A stretch of DNA of 64,000 nucleotides, taken from the NCBI RefSeq assembly GCF_001194135.2, contig NC_068992.1:55340037-55404036 (forward strand). The letters run 5' to 3'. The stretch's first letter is position 1, and each line of letters opens with the position of its first letter. A program made the position numbers and the translations under genes. The stretch comes from Octopus bimaculoides. Lineage: Eukaryota. The notes below the pieces were generated by a model. It did not search any database and was not told where the DNA came from. It saw nothing but the letters and a program-made list of their open reading frames with translations. Shown here piece after piece: positions 1 through 12,296 of this stretch.

Positions 1-863
1 TCTATTACCTACAATTAACAGGAGCATGCTAATCTTTCAGTTCTGCATCCAATATAAAACCATTATCAATTTTAAATTCTTGACTGCGTAATTAAATGTC
101 ATGGTTATTCCTGTAACAGTGTTAATTATCCATCAAAAAATACAATTCATATTTTCAGCTTCTCCAGTAGCTCCTGTAGGTACGCTTTTCATATCCACCG
201 CTAAACCTATTTAGTTCATACTCTATAAACGGGGCCGCTTCTCGTAGCATAAGCAAAGGTCTTTTTTTTTTAATTTTTCAAAAGGATAGAGCACACTCGA
301 TTTCCACAGTTAATCGTTACAAGATTTTGAGCGGATATATCTGCTTTGCACATTCGGTGTTAATACCTGTAGATTAATCATGATCTATTATGACAATTCA
401 CACACACACACAAGCACAACACACGCAAACACAAACGCGCGCACACATACACACACAAAAACACACAAACACACACACACACATATGTATACATATTCTA
501 TTCTTTCAGTATACCACTATAGAAATTCTCCAAGTGCCCATAGCCACTTTATTCTGCATAATTAACCGTTTTCTATTATCCCTAGTCCCTTTCATCTTTC
601 TTATGTATTACGATTCCCCTTTAGCAAATATTCCTAAATTCATTCCATTTTTCTATACGGATTCGCATCCATACATTCCTCCCATAACTTTATATAAATA
701 CAATATTCCACAAATTATATATACTTATTATATTATTCTATTTAGTCAGGATTGTCGCAATTGATATCATTTTATATATTTCTTGCATTCTTTTAAAACT
801 AGATGATGAAACACAATTTCAAATTCCAATACTTTTTTGCCAGATTTTACTCTGACCATATGC

Positions 864-897
<34 letters not shown>

Positions 898-1516
898 GCA
901 TACATATTGGTAATTATATATACATATGTATGTAATATATATTTGCATGTATATGTATCTATGTATGTCATTGTTCAGTTTTATTTAAAGATTTCTTGCA
1001 AATAGAGAAAGAGCCGGTTTGTAGCCTAGATCCAAGGGACCCTCATTGAAATTTCAACATCAACAACAGTCTATTTCCTTCAAAGCAAACTTTGTTTACA
1101 TATATCGTCATTTGAATTTCCCATACAGCGTCTATAAAAAAAGCTAGCTTTATAAGTTCAAAAATTACAAACAGATTTGTGAATATTTTTGTTTGTATGG
1201 GTGAATATGTACGTTTGTATGCTCTGTTTTATGCATGTATTCTCACGCATATAGTTTCATATCAAAACATGCTCATATATATTTAAAGGATAAGCTTATG
1301 GAAAGTTTTACTGATTTTTACAGTTCCAGTGATGGATTAGATCTGTAGTCTTTGAATTAGCTTTCTCCTTTCTGGTTTTGAGAAGCCTAATTTCTCAAGA
1401 TTGGTATTTAGGTAGTGTGTTACATATCCCAGGGTCCTAAGTATGTATGTATGTATGTATGTATGTANNNNNNNNNNTATCTATCTATCTATCTATCTAT
1501 TTATCTATCCTTCTAT

Positions 1517-1548
<32 letters not shown>

Positions 1549-1903
1549 TTATCTATCTATCTATTTATCTATCCTTCTATTTATCTATCTATCTATCTAT
1601 CTATCTATTTATCTATCTATCTATGAGTGTGTGTATGATAAGTTCAAATATACAGATATGGAGATAACTTATTCTCAAGCGCAGTATAACGTATGTTCAG
1701 CGTGAATAGGACATTATCTTTATATTGCAGAAAAAATACGTCAGCAGCCAATTGAGAATAAATTATCTCCATATATTTCAATACATTTCAACACTTCCTA
1801 CAAAGCAAACTTTGTTTACATATATCGTCATTTGAATTTCCCATACAGCGTCTATAAAAAGCTAACTTTATAAGTTCAAAAATTGCAAACAAATGTGTGA
1901 ATA

Positions 1904-1975
1904 GGCGGTTTAATTTAATGGTAAAGCACTTGACCGGTAATCACAGAGATGTGAGTTCGGGTCTCATGGCTGGCC
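1904..1975 (+). pseudogene. Decayed tRNA (tRNA pseudogene or isolated tRNA-derived SINE head); GGT at the anticodon position
   Basis: 72-nt cloverleaf spacing: acceptor GGCGGTT/GGCTGGC, D loop AATGGTA, loop CCGGTAA, T arm GTGAG-TTCGGGT-CTCAT. Mismatches in the D and anticodon stems and a non-canonical T loop argue against function. Confidence 0.55.
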
Positions 1976-2288
1976 GCTGACAAATTTTTCTGCAACATAA
2001 GGATAAAATGTTGTTCATGGATTATTCTGCACTTGAGAACAAATTACCTGTATAATTTAATACATCTCAACACTTCCTACCAAGCAAATCTTGTTTACTT
2101 ATATCGTAATTTGAATTATAATAAGTGCAACGTTAATGACAAGAATAATAACCAACAAGACAAATTGAAAAGCTTTATGGAAATTAATGGAATAGAGGTC
2201 ACTTTGGCATTTCCAGCTCAAGGTCATTTTCAGATAATTAATCAGAGAGAAGGAAAGAGTTACCTGAAATATATGACAATATGAATTT

Positions 2289-2540
2289 GATCTCCTCATG
2301 ATAACATGAAAACAGGTTTCTATCAAAGGTGAACACGAGATCAACCTCAAAATCTGAGGTTGAAATCCTATCGCCTACATTCTTCGCCATCTTTGTTATT
2401 GTTATTTTGCGCACGGCAATACTATAGTATGTATATCCGTTGTCATTCAGCACGAAATATCTTCAACATCTGTCGTTTTACTCCAATAATATACACTTTC
2501 ATTGCTCTCAAAGGAAAAAAACTTCCTAGACCTCTTCTTA
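2289..2540 (+). mobile_element. Second RTE RT fragment, inverted relative to its neighbour
   Basis: 2289-2510 aligns by eye to the reverse complement of 2647-2875, e.g. the shared GCCATCTTTGTTATTGTTATTTTGC and ATCTGTCGTTTTACT blocks. Confidence 0.8.
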
Positions 2541-3250
2541 AGTCCAAGCTTATTACACGCTGCTAAAAAGTACTGTATCACGCGATGCAGATCCTTTTCA
2601 GAGTGAGATAAGAGATTCCGATCACCAGTGTAAAGAAGATCAAGAATGAGAGCAATGAAAGTTTTTATTACAGTAAAACGACAGATATTGGAAATCTTTC
2701 GTATTGAACAGCAACGGGTGTAAATGCCAGCATTGCTATGCGCAAAAGTTTGCAAAATAACAATAACAAAGATGGCAAACAATGTAGGCGACAAGAATTC
2801 AACGTCAGATTCTGAGGTTGATTTAGTGTTCATCCTTTGCAGAAACCTATGTTTCCTTGTTGTCATGAAGAGATCGAATGAGACCTGTGAACTTTGCCGG
2901 ACACGCCAGCTTGAGAAGGACATCTCAAAGAGTTTAAAACTATGTAAAACTTTCGTAAGATCGATGAAACAGTGGTACAGAGCAATTTCTTGTTCTCTGT
3001 ACTTCTTTTGAACATGTTCTGTTGAATTGTACCAGGGTTTGGCTGAAAGTCACATTGCGACTCAGTAAGATTGTCTGATACAACATTGTCTGGCAATCAA
3101 CTGAGAAGTATACTTGGAAATATATCGCCATCAAATAACAACAGAGAAATCTCACGCTAGCTATCGCGTATGACTTTGAGTGCTTTATTATAAAAGGAAA
3201 CAGGAATAAATTGAGCTCTACGTTGTTGTTCCTTGAAAAGAGTTCACCTC
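2530..3250 (-). mobile_element. Decayed RTE-clade (BovB-like) LINE, reverse transcriptase fragment
   Basis: Frameshifted minus-strand translations give ESQCDF (cf. ESQCGFR), KYREQEIALYHCFIDLTK (cf. KCREQ..PLY.AFIDLTKAFD), LSPTLFAIF (cf. LAPTLFGIF) and LLYTGDRNLLSHSEKDLHRVIQYFLAACNKLGL (cf. LLFADDAALASHSEEDLQRL..FA.AC..FGL). Confidence 0.85.
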
Positions 3251-3256
3251 TATAAT

Positions 3257-3338
<82 letters not shown>

Positions 3339-3764
3339 NNNNNNNNNNNNNNNNNNNNNNNNNNNNNNNNNNNNNNNNNNNNNNNNNNNNNNNNNNNNNN
3401 NNNNNNNNNNNNNNNNNNNNNNNNNNNNNNNNNNNNNNNNNNNNNNNNNNNNNNNNNNNNNNNNNNNNNNNNNNNNNNNNNNNNNNNNNNNNNNNNNNNN
3501 NNNNNNNNNNNNNNNNNNNNNNNNNNNNNNNNNNNNNNNNNNNNNNNNNNNNNNNNNNNNNNNNNNNNNNNNNNNNNNNNNNNNNNNNNNNNNNNNNNNN
3601 NNNNNNNNNNNNNNNNNNNNNNNNNNNNNNNNNNNNNNNNNNNNNNNNNNNNNNNNNNNNNNNNNNNNNNNNNNNNNNNNNNNNNNNNNNNNNNNNNNNN
3701 NNNNNNNNNNNNNNNNNNNNNNNNNNNNNNNNNNNNNNNNNNNNAAAGAGTTCACCTCTATAAT

Positions 3765-3811
<47 letters not shown>

Positions 3812-4639
3812 ATATATATATATATACGTGAATACATACACAACATGTATGTATGTATGTATGTATGTATCTATGTATGCATGTACATATGTATATATTC
3901 GTGCGTGAATTTATATATTTATAGATGTAGAACAGTGTCAGGATGCTTAGATCTATATTATTACAGTTTGATATCATTTCTCTCATATTGAAACATTATT
4001 TGCCTCTCTCTTAAATATCTGTATTTCACTCGGACTGTAATATAGTACATCTTTGGTTTGATTTATGCTCAAGAAACATAATCAGAACGCCTACAAGTAT
4101 TCATGTTTGTGTTCAAGAATGTCATTTCTCTGTATGACGAAATTATTATAGCAATGTAATTATATTTTGGAATGTATATATAATGTATATATAATGTATC
4201 GGTTTCTATATTTACAGCAATATCAGTTGAATATTTTCTATAGTCAATATTTCGTTCACATTTATGTACAAAATGATTTTTCGTTACGTATCGTTCTACT
4301 TGCTCGTGTAATTAATTTTTCAAGCTCTATAATCACTCAAACTCACTATCTTGCAGTGGCTGAATTAAATACTTATTACATTCAGATAGAGATGCGTTTA
4401 TTCCGTTTATTGCGATAATCGTAGCTTTAGGGACATCACACACTGTTGGTGAAAGAGAGTTAGATGGATATTGCTTTAGTCGCGCTATACATAGAACTGT
4501 TAATCATGTGTGCCAATTTCCAGCAAACATTGATTCGCATGGATAATCCTGGATTACGAGTCCTCGTTTATATGCTGTAAAGTTATTAAAAGAGCTGAAC
4601 GTTCTACTTCTGTCAGACATTTTGACTACATTAAAAATA

Positions 4640-5050
4640 TAACACGCGTAGACATGACTCTGTGGTAAGAAGCTGGCTTCCAAACCGCAAGGTTCTCGGT
4701 TCAATCACACTACTGTTAACCTTGGGCTAGTGTGAATAGTTATGGTACAGGGAAACTAAAGGAAAACTGGCATATGTATGTATGTATGTAAGTATGTATG
4801 TATGTATGTATGTATGTATGTATGTATGTGTGCGTGTGCGTGTATGTATATATGTATGTATATATCTTTACATGTTTGTGTGTGTCTTGTATTTGTTCCC
4901 AAACACATCACAGCCGGTGTTGGTTTATTTACGTTCCCGTAACTTCGCGGTTCGGCAAAGAACCAATATATTATATACTAGTATCGAACTTGTTCAATTA
5001 AATCTTCAAGTCGGTGCCCCAGGATGGCCACAGTCTCAAAATTAAAACGA
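4640..5050 (+). mobile_element. tRNA-derived composite SINE (family S2) with internal (ATGT)n microsatellite
   Basis: Head CTGTGGTAAGAAGCTGGCTTCCAAACC...GGTTC, internal microsatellite, tail TTTACGTTCCCGTAACTTCGCGGTTCGGCAAAG...CCCCAGGATGGCCACAGTC. Homologous to copies at 37.3, 38.0, 45.3 and 63.2 kb. Confidence 0.8.
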
Positions 5051-5556
5051 TAAATATATATAGAATTCTCGGTCATAAGTAAAAATATCCAGAAAACATT
5101 CATTCGCATGGATATGTGTAACATTAATGCTGGATTAGATATCCATGCTCGTTTACTTTAAAGTTATTAATCCAGTTGAACGTTCTACATTTCTCAAACA
5201 TTTTGGCTATATGAAAACATTTCAGAAGTACCATCCTAAATTTTATTCCATTGATAACCGCAGCCATTAACACTGCCTCAACATCAGCTAGGCTGCTCCA
5301 GGAAAGAATCTTCAATGTGATAACTCGATCTGATGGAAATAATACACAATTCTCCTTCAAAATAGGCCTTAAATTATTTTAATGAACAACACTATGAAAC
5401 ATAGTTGCGTTTTTCTTTACACCTGTACAATACAGGAAACTTATGATCAAAGTTCTTTTAATTTTAGATCTAGCTGATTATCTTTAACTTGCGTCTAAAC
5501 AAAAGAGAAACAGGAAACTGCATTTAACACGCACCATTTGTATTACGCATCTTATC

Positions 5557-5763
5557 GGCAGTGAGGTAGTGGAATCGTTAGCGCGCCCGCCAAAATTCTT
5601 AACGGCCCTTCAGGCCCTTTACTTACTGAATTTCAAAGAAAGCACGGTTGTCTTTGCCTTTCATTCCAATCGGAGTTAATAAAATAAATACTAATTAAAC
5701 AATGGGATCGACGTAATCGATTTCGTCCCCCATAAAAATTGCTGGCATTGTGCCAAATTTTGA
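5557..5763 (+). mobile_element. tRNA-derived SINE (family S1), diverged
   Basis: GAATCGTTAGCGCG head, GATCGACGTAATCGA motif and TGCTGGCATTGTGCCAAATTT tail, shared with many copies in the window. Confidence 0.7.
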
Positions 5764-6370
5764 CAGAATATTACACATTCTAAATTACATAACAAACTTT
5801 CTCATTACCGTGGACAAGGGAATGCCTGCGTATCAAAGCTGTAATATATAAACACTCTAAAATGTGTCTTGTTCGATGCACTTATTTTCGCCTACCCACT
5901 CCCCATCATACGCACATGCATACATATATGTGTGTATTTTTGTATGTATGGGCCTTGTGTATGGCTGAGCTCTGAGTACGATTCAAACTGAATCGGGTAG
6001 CGGGAACCTAGTTCGGGAGTGCCAGGTGTTTGAGGTGTGTGGAGTAATGCTTAGCCGCTACTGTCCCCTAATCTACTCTGACTGGGATTAGTAACACATG
6101 TCAGAGTCCCAGCTATGGAATAATTAGCTCTGGAATAATTAGCATGAAAACTTGCCTATCTATGCATGTGAAGACTGCATCCTGCGGACTCTGCAGAAAA
6201 CCTTCGTGGTTGAACGGATGGGAAGACGGCTGCAGAAAGACATTGTGTAGTGTAGAAAGCAAAGAGAGACAGGTAAGACATTTTTGTCAAACACTGCACG
6301 TTTTCGTCCCAGAGCATGGATACGTGTAAACACACACTCCTCTTATGATACATAATATATGTGATATATT

Positions 6371-6431
<61 letters not shown>

Positions 6432-9400
6432 AACGATGTGGCTCCGCGGAGGTTCTATCTGCCAAGTTCACTGGCAGCGCCATTGCAGAAACACGCATGT
6501 AGCAGTCAATGAGCTCGAATTCAGAACCACATGAACGCGAAGACGATTTCTGAAACATAGAATACAGAATGAATTTAGTCGTGTTGTTATTCACTGGCAA
6601 TTAAATTGTTAAGTGAAGCAAATTTATTTCAAAAGAAGAGAAGGTATTAATTATGTTGTTTTCTTATGGTGTGTTTGCCTGAAAGAGAAATACAAGTATT
6701 CATGGTTTTTAGAAAATGAAAATTTTGAACAATGACTTATTGTTGTAAATTTTCCCATCTTAATCTAAACCAAGGATGCACATTTACAAGCATTTCGACA
6801 TTCTGAAGGCAATTGTTGAGAGAAAAGAAAATCAAAGCATTTGAAAACACAAAAACTACTGAAGTAAAAAAAAAATTATTATTATCTTAAGATTTTTATA
6901 AAAATATTCTTACGGAATATTAAACTCTCTATGTGTATACACATTCCATATGATATTTCTTAGTTTTATTCAAATGGGTAAGAAGATTCATTTAGGTCAG
7001 ATGTGAAATATCACTATGTTGAAACTCTTAAAGAATTATTCATAGTTAACAGCACAGTAAGTACTATGTTAAGGTTTGTTTTCTAATTCATCAAAATACT
7101 TGGATGATATGAGAGGAAATAGAAAAAATTGAAATATATATATTATTCGATATATCAAAAAAAGCTAGATATGTTCTCAATCTCAAATAGGTAAGGTGAT
7201 AGTACACAGCTGTATTCCAAAATATTTTGAAAAATCCTTTAATTCATATGCATTGTGCCAAGAGTAGAAAAGGTTATTGTGTATTATTATTTACAAAATC
7301 AATTTATCAGAGAATAGAACATCAAATTTAGGTAAACGTCACATATACAGCTTTCATACTTTTGGTAGTTTCCAAAATTGATAGGAAAAACGGTGCCTGC
7401 ATTATGCGATACCGATCATAATTTCCATAAAATATTGTAGTTCCTTACACAAAGCAACTATAATCTTGGAATTCTCCAGAAAATTTGTGCTATCCAGTTA
7501 TAATCTAATGAATCTTGCAAATATCTGAAATAAACGTCAAATAGTGGAGTGTGTATGTGTGTGACAGACAACCTGTGTGCCAGGATTTGTTTGTATTTCA
7601 ACATATTACTCTTATTTTTACAATGTAGCACATACTGTTGAGAAACGGCTGCGTGACAGATTCATATTTTATCTAAATACAACCATTTTTGAAGTTCTAT
7701 TTGATTAGTGAGCGGTTTGATTTTTGAGGTCGAAACAGATTTAACAAGAACTACTCTACACATTTAATAACATACAGAACTTGTTAAATCACTTGAATTT
7801 TATTTAATGGGGTGTCAAAACGTTTTCTCGCACGCCTGCAACCTGGTCATCTCAGACATTCATCGCTTGTCTTGCAACATATCGCCAAGTGCACTAAACA
7901 TACGTTCACTGTAGCATATGAAGATCGCGAGCTATTCTATATGGTAAGATGAGAATATTTCTGGAGTGAATTTAAGATCACCCATATAACATACATTGCT
8001 ATGGCTGCTTGTTTCGCTGGAGAACCGGTTTAAAAACTTGCTTTCTTTTCGGACAGACATCGTATAATATCCAAAGGCATCTCATTTTAACTACCATAAT
8101 TTGACTGGATCTTGTTTCAAACAAATATAAACTTTAAATAAGTGTATTTATGTGTGCAAATCACAATCTGAGGAAAGAATAGACATCAGGTATATNNNNN
8201 NNNNNNNNNNNNNNNNNNNNNNNNNNNNNNNNNNNNNNNNNNNNNNNNNNNNNNNNNNNNNNNNNNNNNNNNNNNNNNNNNNNNNNNNNNNNNNNNNNNN
8301 NNNNNNNNNNNNNNNNNNNNNNNNNNNNNNNNNNNNNNNNNNNNNNNNNNNNNNNNNNNNNNNNNNNNNNNNNNNNNNNNNNNNNNNNNNNNNNNNNNNN
8401 NNNNNNNNNNNNNNNNNNNNNNNNNNNNNNNNNNNNNNNNNNNNNNNNNNNNNNNNNNNNNNNNNNNNNNNNNNNNNNNNNNNNNNNNNNNNNNNNNNNN
8501 NNNNNNNNNNNNNNNNNNNNNNNNNNNNNNNNNNNNNNNNNNNNNNNNNNNNNNNNNNNNNNNNNNNNNNNNNNNNNNNNNNNNNNNNNNNNNNNNNNNN
8601 ACATGATGGGAATAGAATATATTTATATTTTAAATGGAATGGTGATTTTTTTTGGGGGGGGCGTTAAGATGTAGTTTTAGGTTTATCATGGTTATTTATG
8701 TTCCATTTAGAGATTTCTCTTTCAGAATTTTAAAAGAAAAAAAATGAAATCAGTCATGTGGTTTGAACTACAAGATTTCTTAGAATTGTTTTATGATTCG
8801 CCTTATTCCCCACAATATGAAACCAATGAGTTCCAATGTTGATATATTGTTTATGGGTTTTATAAAGATATCTATCACAGTATTAATAGTAATTCGTTAA
8901 CGAATTCCAAAGGAATGTATTGATTACGTAAAGACGCCTATTTCACACATTTCAAACTATTCAATATATTTCATATAGAATCAGGGATATTTTAGCACAT
9001 AATCAAAACTAATTATATTTCGGAAACACAATTTGTATAGCCTGAAACAGCAAGTAATAGAGATGTCACTCACATACTGAGTCTTTAAAATGAAATAATT
9101 TATTCGTTCAGTTTTTACTGTCACACATAAAACGATTAATAATAAATAATATCCTGGGAATTTTTAGAGATTTTGAATTATGAATATTGAACACGTAGTT
9201 TTTGATTTTACTATAGAACATCCTATTACACTTCTTTCAAGGAAACCATTTTCCAAAATATTCATTTAGATTGAATATAGGGAAGTAAAAAAAAAATCAA
9301 TAATGCTAATTCATTTTAGCACAACGTCTTCCTTGTAGCTCAACTTTTGATGTGCTTCGCTAGTTTCTTGAAACTGATTTTGTTGTTGTTGTTGTGTTGT

Positions 9401-10324
9401 CGTCGGAGTCAATTATATCCGGTATGTGGGAAAATATAGGAAAAAAGCACAAACATGAATTGATTTTTGAACATGATATAGAATACAAATTGCAGATAGA
9501 CAGGTGAATACGCGAGCAAACAGACGCATGCATATATGTTGGTAATTAGGTGGAGAAATGGATTGATAATGAGAATACGTAAATCATCTACTAAGAATAC
9601 CATAAACCAGGTCGATATAGATGTAGGGAATAACCTTTATTTTAAAAAAATCATATTCAATTAAAATCTTTTCTTTGTCTTTGTAAGAAGAAACTGAAAA
9701 CCTTGTGTCAATTGTGAGAAACTAATAAAGAAAAAACGAGGTATCTTCAAGAAATTAAGAATTAATTTTACAGACTTCATTCTGAAGCTTCAGGGAAAAT
9801 TTGATTTTTGTTGGCGAGAACATTGAGTGCAGCCGAAATGCTTCAGTCTTATTGGGTCTCGTCAGTAACGTTATGATAATTGGATCAGACCACCATTTCC
9901 GCCTGAAAATAACTTTAGTTATTCAATTAGACGCCGAAAAGCAATCTGAGCAATTAGCCTAAGACATTACTCATGGAAAGCAGCACCATGTTGGTGCTAA
10001 CCTACCAGGTATAGCAGTGAAATCTCTTTTAAATAGTATCCCAATATCTTATAAGAGGAATGGTATGTTGGATAATATGGATACGGATAGCACAATATTT
10101 GAATAAAAGGTGGTAATTATCACAGCTGGAAACTCTTTGATCATAGGCACGTTTCATCTGTGCTCACCAGGAAACAGCTGAAGCTAAAAAAATTAATAGC
10201 TGTGTTCGTTTTGGTTTGCCTAATGCTAAACAAGCCCAGAAACAACAATCAACGGTAAAATAGTGATTATAGGGTTAGGGTTAGGGTTTGAGACTTAATG
10301 ATAGCAACAACTGCTGATGATAAA

Positions 10325-10490
10325 GACGGCGAATTGGCAGAGACGTTAGAGCATTGGGTACAATGCTCATATGTTCTAACTCACGGTAGTCTGAGTTCAA
10401 ATCCTGCAGAGGTGAACTTTTGCATCCATCCTTCAGGGCCGATAGAAAAAGTAACAATCCGTAACCATGCATTGGAGACGAACTAAAATA
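10325..10490 (+). mobile_element. SINE family S1, partial
   Basis: GGCGAATTGGCAGAGACGTTAG...CTGAGTTCAAATCCTGCAGAGGTGAACTTTTGCATCCATCCTTCAGGGCCGATA matches the S1 head and body. Confidence 0.65.
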
Positions 10491-10726
10491 ATCTCTACCT
10501 GGACGCCTTGCTGTATTTTTCCGGCTATTTGTGTCCTGTGTTAAATTCTTTCCATAAGCTATTTGACGGCTAGACTTAACACATTGTTCGATGTAACATC
10601 ACTATCCTGCTTCTGGCATGCCATTAGTGAATTTCTCCCTGTTTCAAGTATTCGGTCCAAGTCTTCGGCTAAAATTTNNNNNNNNNNNNNNNNNNNNNNN
10701 NNNNNNNNNNNNNNNNNNNNNNNNNN

Positions 10727-10770
<44 letters not shown>

Positions 10771-11269
10771 ATTCAAACACTAAGATTTGAATTAAGATGT
10801 CACAACTGTTAATATTAGCAGTGGATAAAATTTAAAATTATTGGTATCAACAGTAGTAACATAGGTGGTTCGCAGGCAAAAAGCATTATTTAGCAATAAA
10901 TTACAAATTAGCACAAAGTGTAAGGATGCAGAAAACATCAACCTGCTAGGAAAAAGCGCTAAAGTTTTAATTAAACCACCGTAAAGCACCAAGGTAACAG
11001 AGAAATAACAGTAAGCGAGGAAACGGAAAGAAGAATATATATTAAGAAGGAAGCAGTCAGAATTTTGGATAATTTTTTATTAGTGCCTTCGTTCTTTCAA
11101 CCGAACTCTTAAAGATCTTCGTAAGTTCGGTTGAACGAACGAAAGTGTTAATACAGAATTATCCAAAATTTTACTGCCTCACACCACTTCAAACACTATA
11201 CATACATACATATATACATACATATATACATGTGTACTCACACACGCACGCACACACACACACACGCAA

Positions 11270-11475
11270 CCATATATATTGTTGAAATTTATAGAAAAAC
11301 AGAAGACGAAGACAGGTGTATGAACAACAAGCAAGTGTCTTAGTTTCACGCACGGGATATTGAAAAAGTCTTTTACTTTTCGAGCCTACGCTCTTCAACA
11401 GAAAGGTTTAAGAGAAAATAAACAGAAAGAGAATGAAAAACTTTTGTAGATTTCAGCAGTCCAGCATGGCGAACG
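11270..11475 (-). mobile_element. Probable Penelope-like element terminal-repeat fragment
   Basis: Non-SINE segment between a (CA/TA)n tract and an S2 SINE tail. It carries the hammerhead-like fold at 11405-11370. PLE assignment is inferred from that motif only. Confidence 0.45.
11370..11405 (-). ncRNA. Minimal type I hammerhead-like fold, variant core CUGUUGA
   Basis: Minus strand reads CTTT-CTGTTGA-A-GAGC-GTAG-GCTC-GAAA-AG-TA-AAAG: helix I CTTT/AAAG, helix II GAGC/GCTC. It has A6 to U in the core and an A.G mismatch in helix III. Confidence 0.55.
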
Positions 11476-11479
11476 TATG

Positions 11480-11690
11480 TAGTTGTGTGCATTTTTGTGA
11501 TTATTTTTGTCCACCAACACTGCTTGACAGTCTGCGTTTGTTTACGTCCTCGTAACCTAGTGGTTCAGCGATAGAATAAGTATCAAGCTTAAAAAACGAA
11601 AATAAGTACTAGTGTCGATTTGGTCGACTAAAACCTTGAAGGCAGTGCCCCGGCTTGGCCGCAGTCTAATGACTAAGACAATTAAGAGAT
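11480..11690 (+). mobile_element. SINE family S2, 3' half
   Basis: TTTACGTCCTCGTAACCTAGTGGTTC...GATAGAATAAGTA...GTCGATTTGGTCGACTAAAACC...GGCCGCAGTCTAATGACT. Confidence 0.75.
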
Positions 11691-12265
11691 TCAAGATACT
11701 GCTGATTAGCAAAATGCAAATGTGGGAACTAAAATATGGAGTCAAGAGCAGACATAAAAGAATCTCCTATACATAAAACATACGGACGAAATTAGAGGGT
11801 GAATGATAGAAATTGAATTAGAAACATAAAGAAAATCAGAAAAGAAAGTCAAAAATAGAACAAGACATTATAAGGCATCTAATTTATGAGCTGTGGATAT
11901 TAATATATTTGAATGAATAATATTCATGTCTCTCGGACATGAATAATTAATCAAGGAGTGACATACTTCATACAGTATGCAAAGAAAATTAATTTTAAAA
12001 ATCTATTTTTGATTAAGAAGTGAAAAGCCTGGTGCTATTTGTTATTGACTCTCAAAAAGTGATAGAGGCTAACAATGGCCGTTAGGTATTTGTTTTGTTT
12101 CTCTATTTCTAAAGGAAATTTTAATCAATTTCTTCTGTATACGTCACTCTGTACATTATCAATTCACATATGAAATTTATATCTATGACCCATTTGTGTT
12201 ATTGCTTTATTAATGAAGATTTTCAGTAACATTACTCTCATCCAGATCAATGTTACTTCAAAGTT

Positions 12266-12296
<31 letters not shown>

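Noticed and set aside
970-1440. Repeat-like segments that may be further PLE termini
   Set aside because: Only one copy is in the window and any ribozyme-like motif is too degenerate to support.
3237-3790. Identical AAAGAGTTCACCTCTATAATATACATACAT(AT)n on both sides of the gap (3237 and 3745)
   Set aside because: Typical of unmerged contig overlap at a microsatellite; treated as an assembly artefact.
9409-9603. ORF with LLAYSP and INPFLH, resembling GPCR TM6/TM7 words
   Set aside because: The motifs are in the wrong order, there are no supporting splice sites, and the composition is that of T-rich random sequence.
9825-9870. Minus-strand CTGACGAGACCCAATAAG..., resembling a hammerhead 5' half
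   Set aside because: Helix II does not close, GAAA is replaced by GAAG, and no helix I partner was found.
10271-10288. Three TTAGGG-type units
   Set aside because: Too short to call an interstitial telomere in microsatellite-rich DNA.
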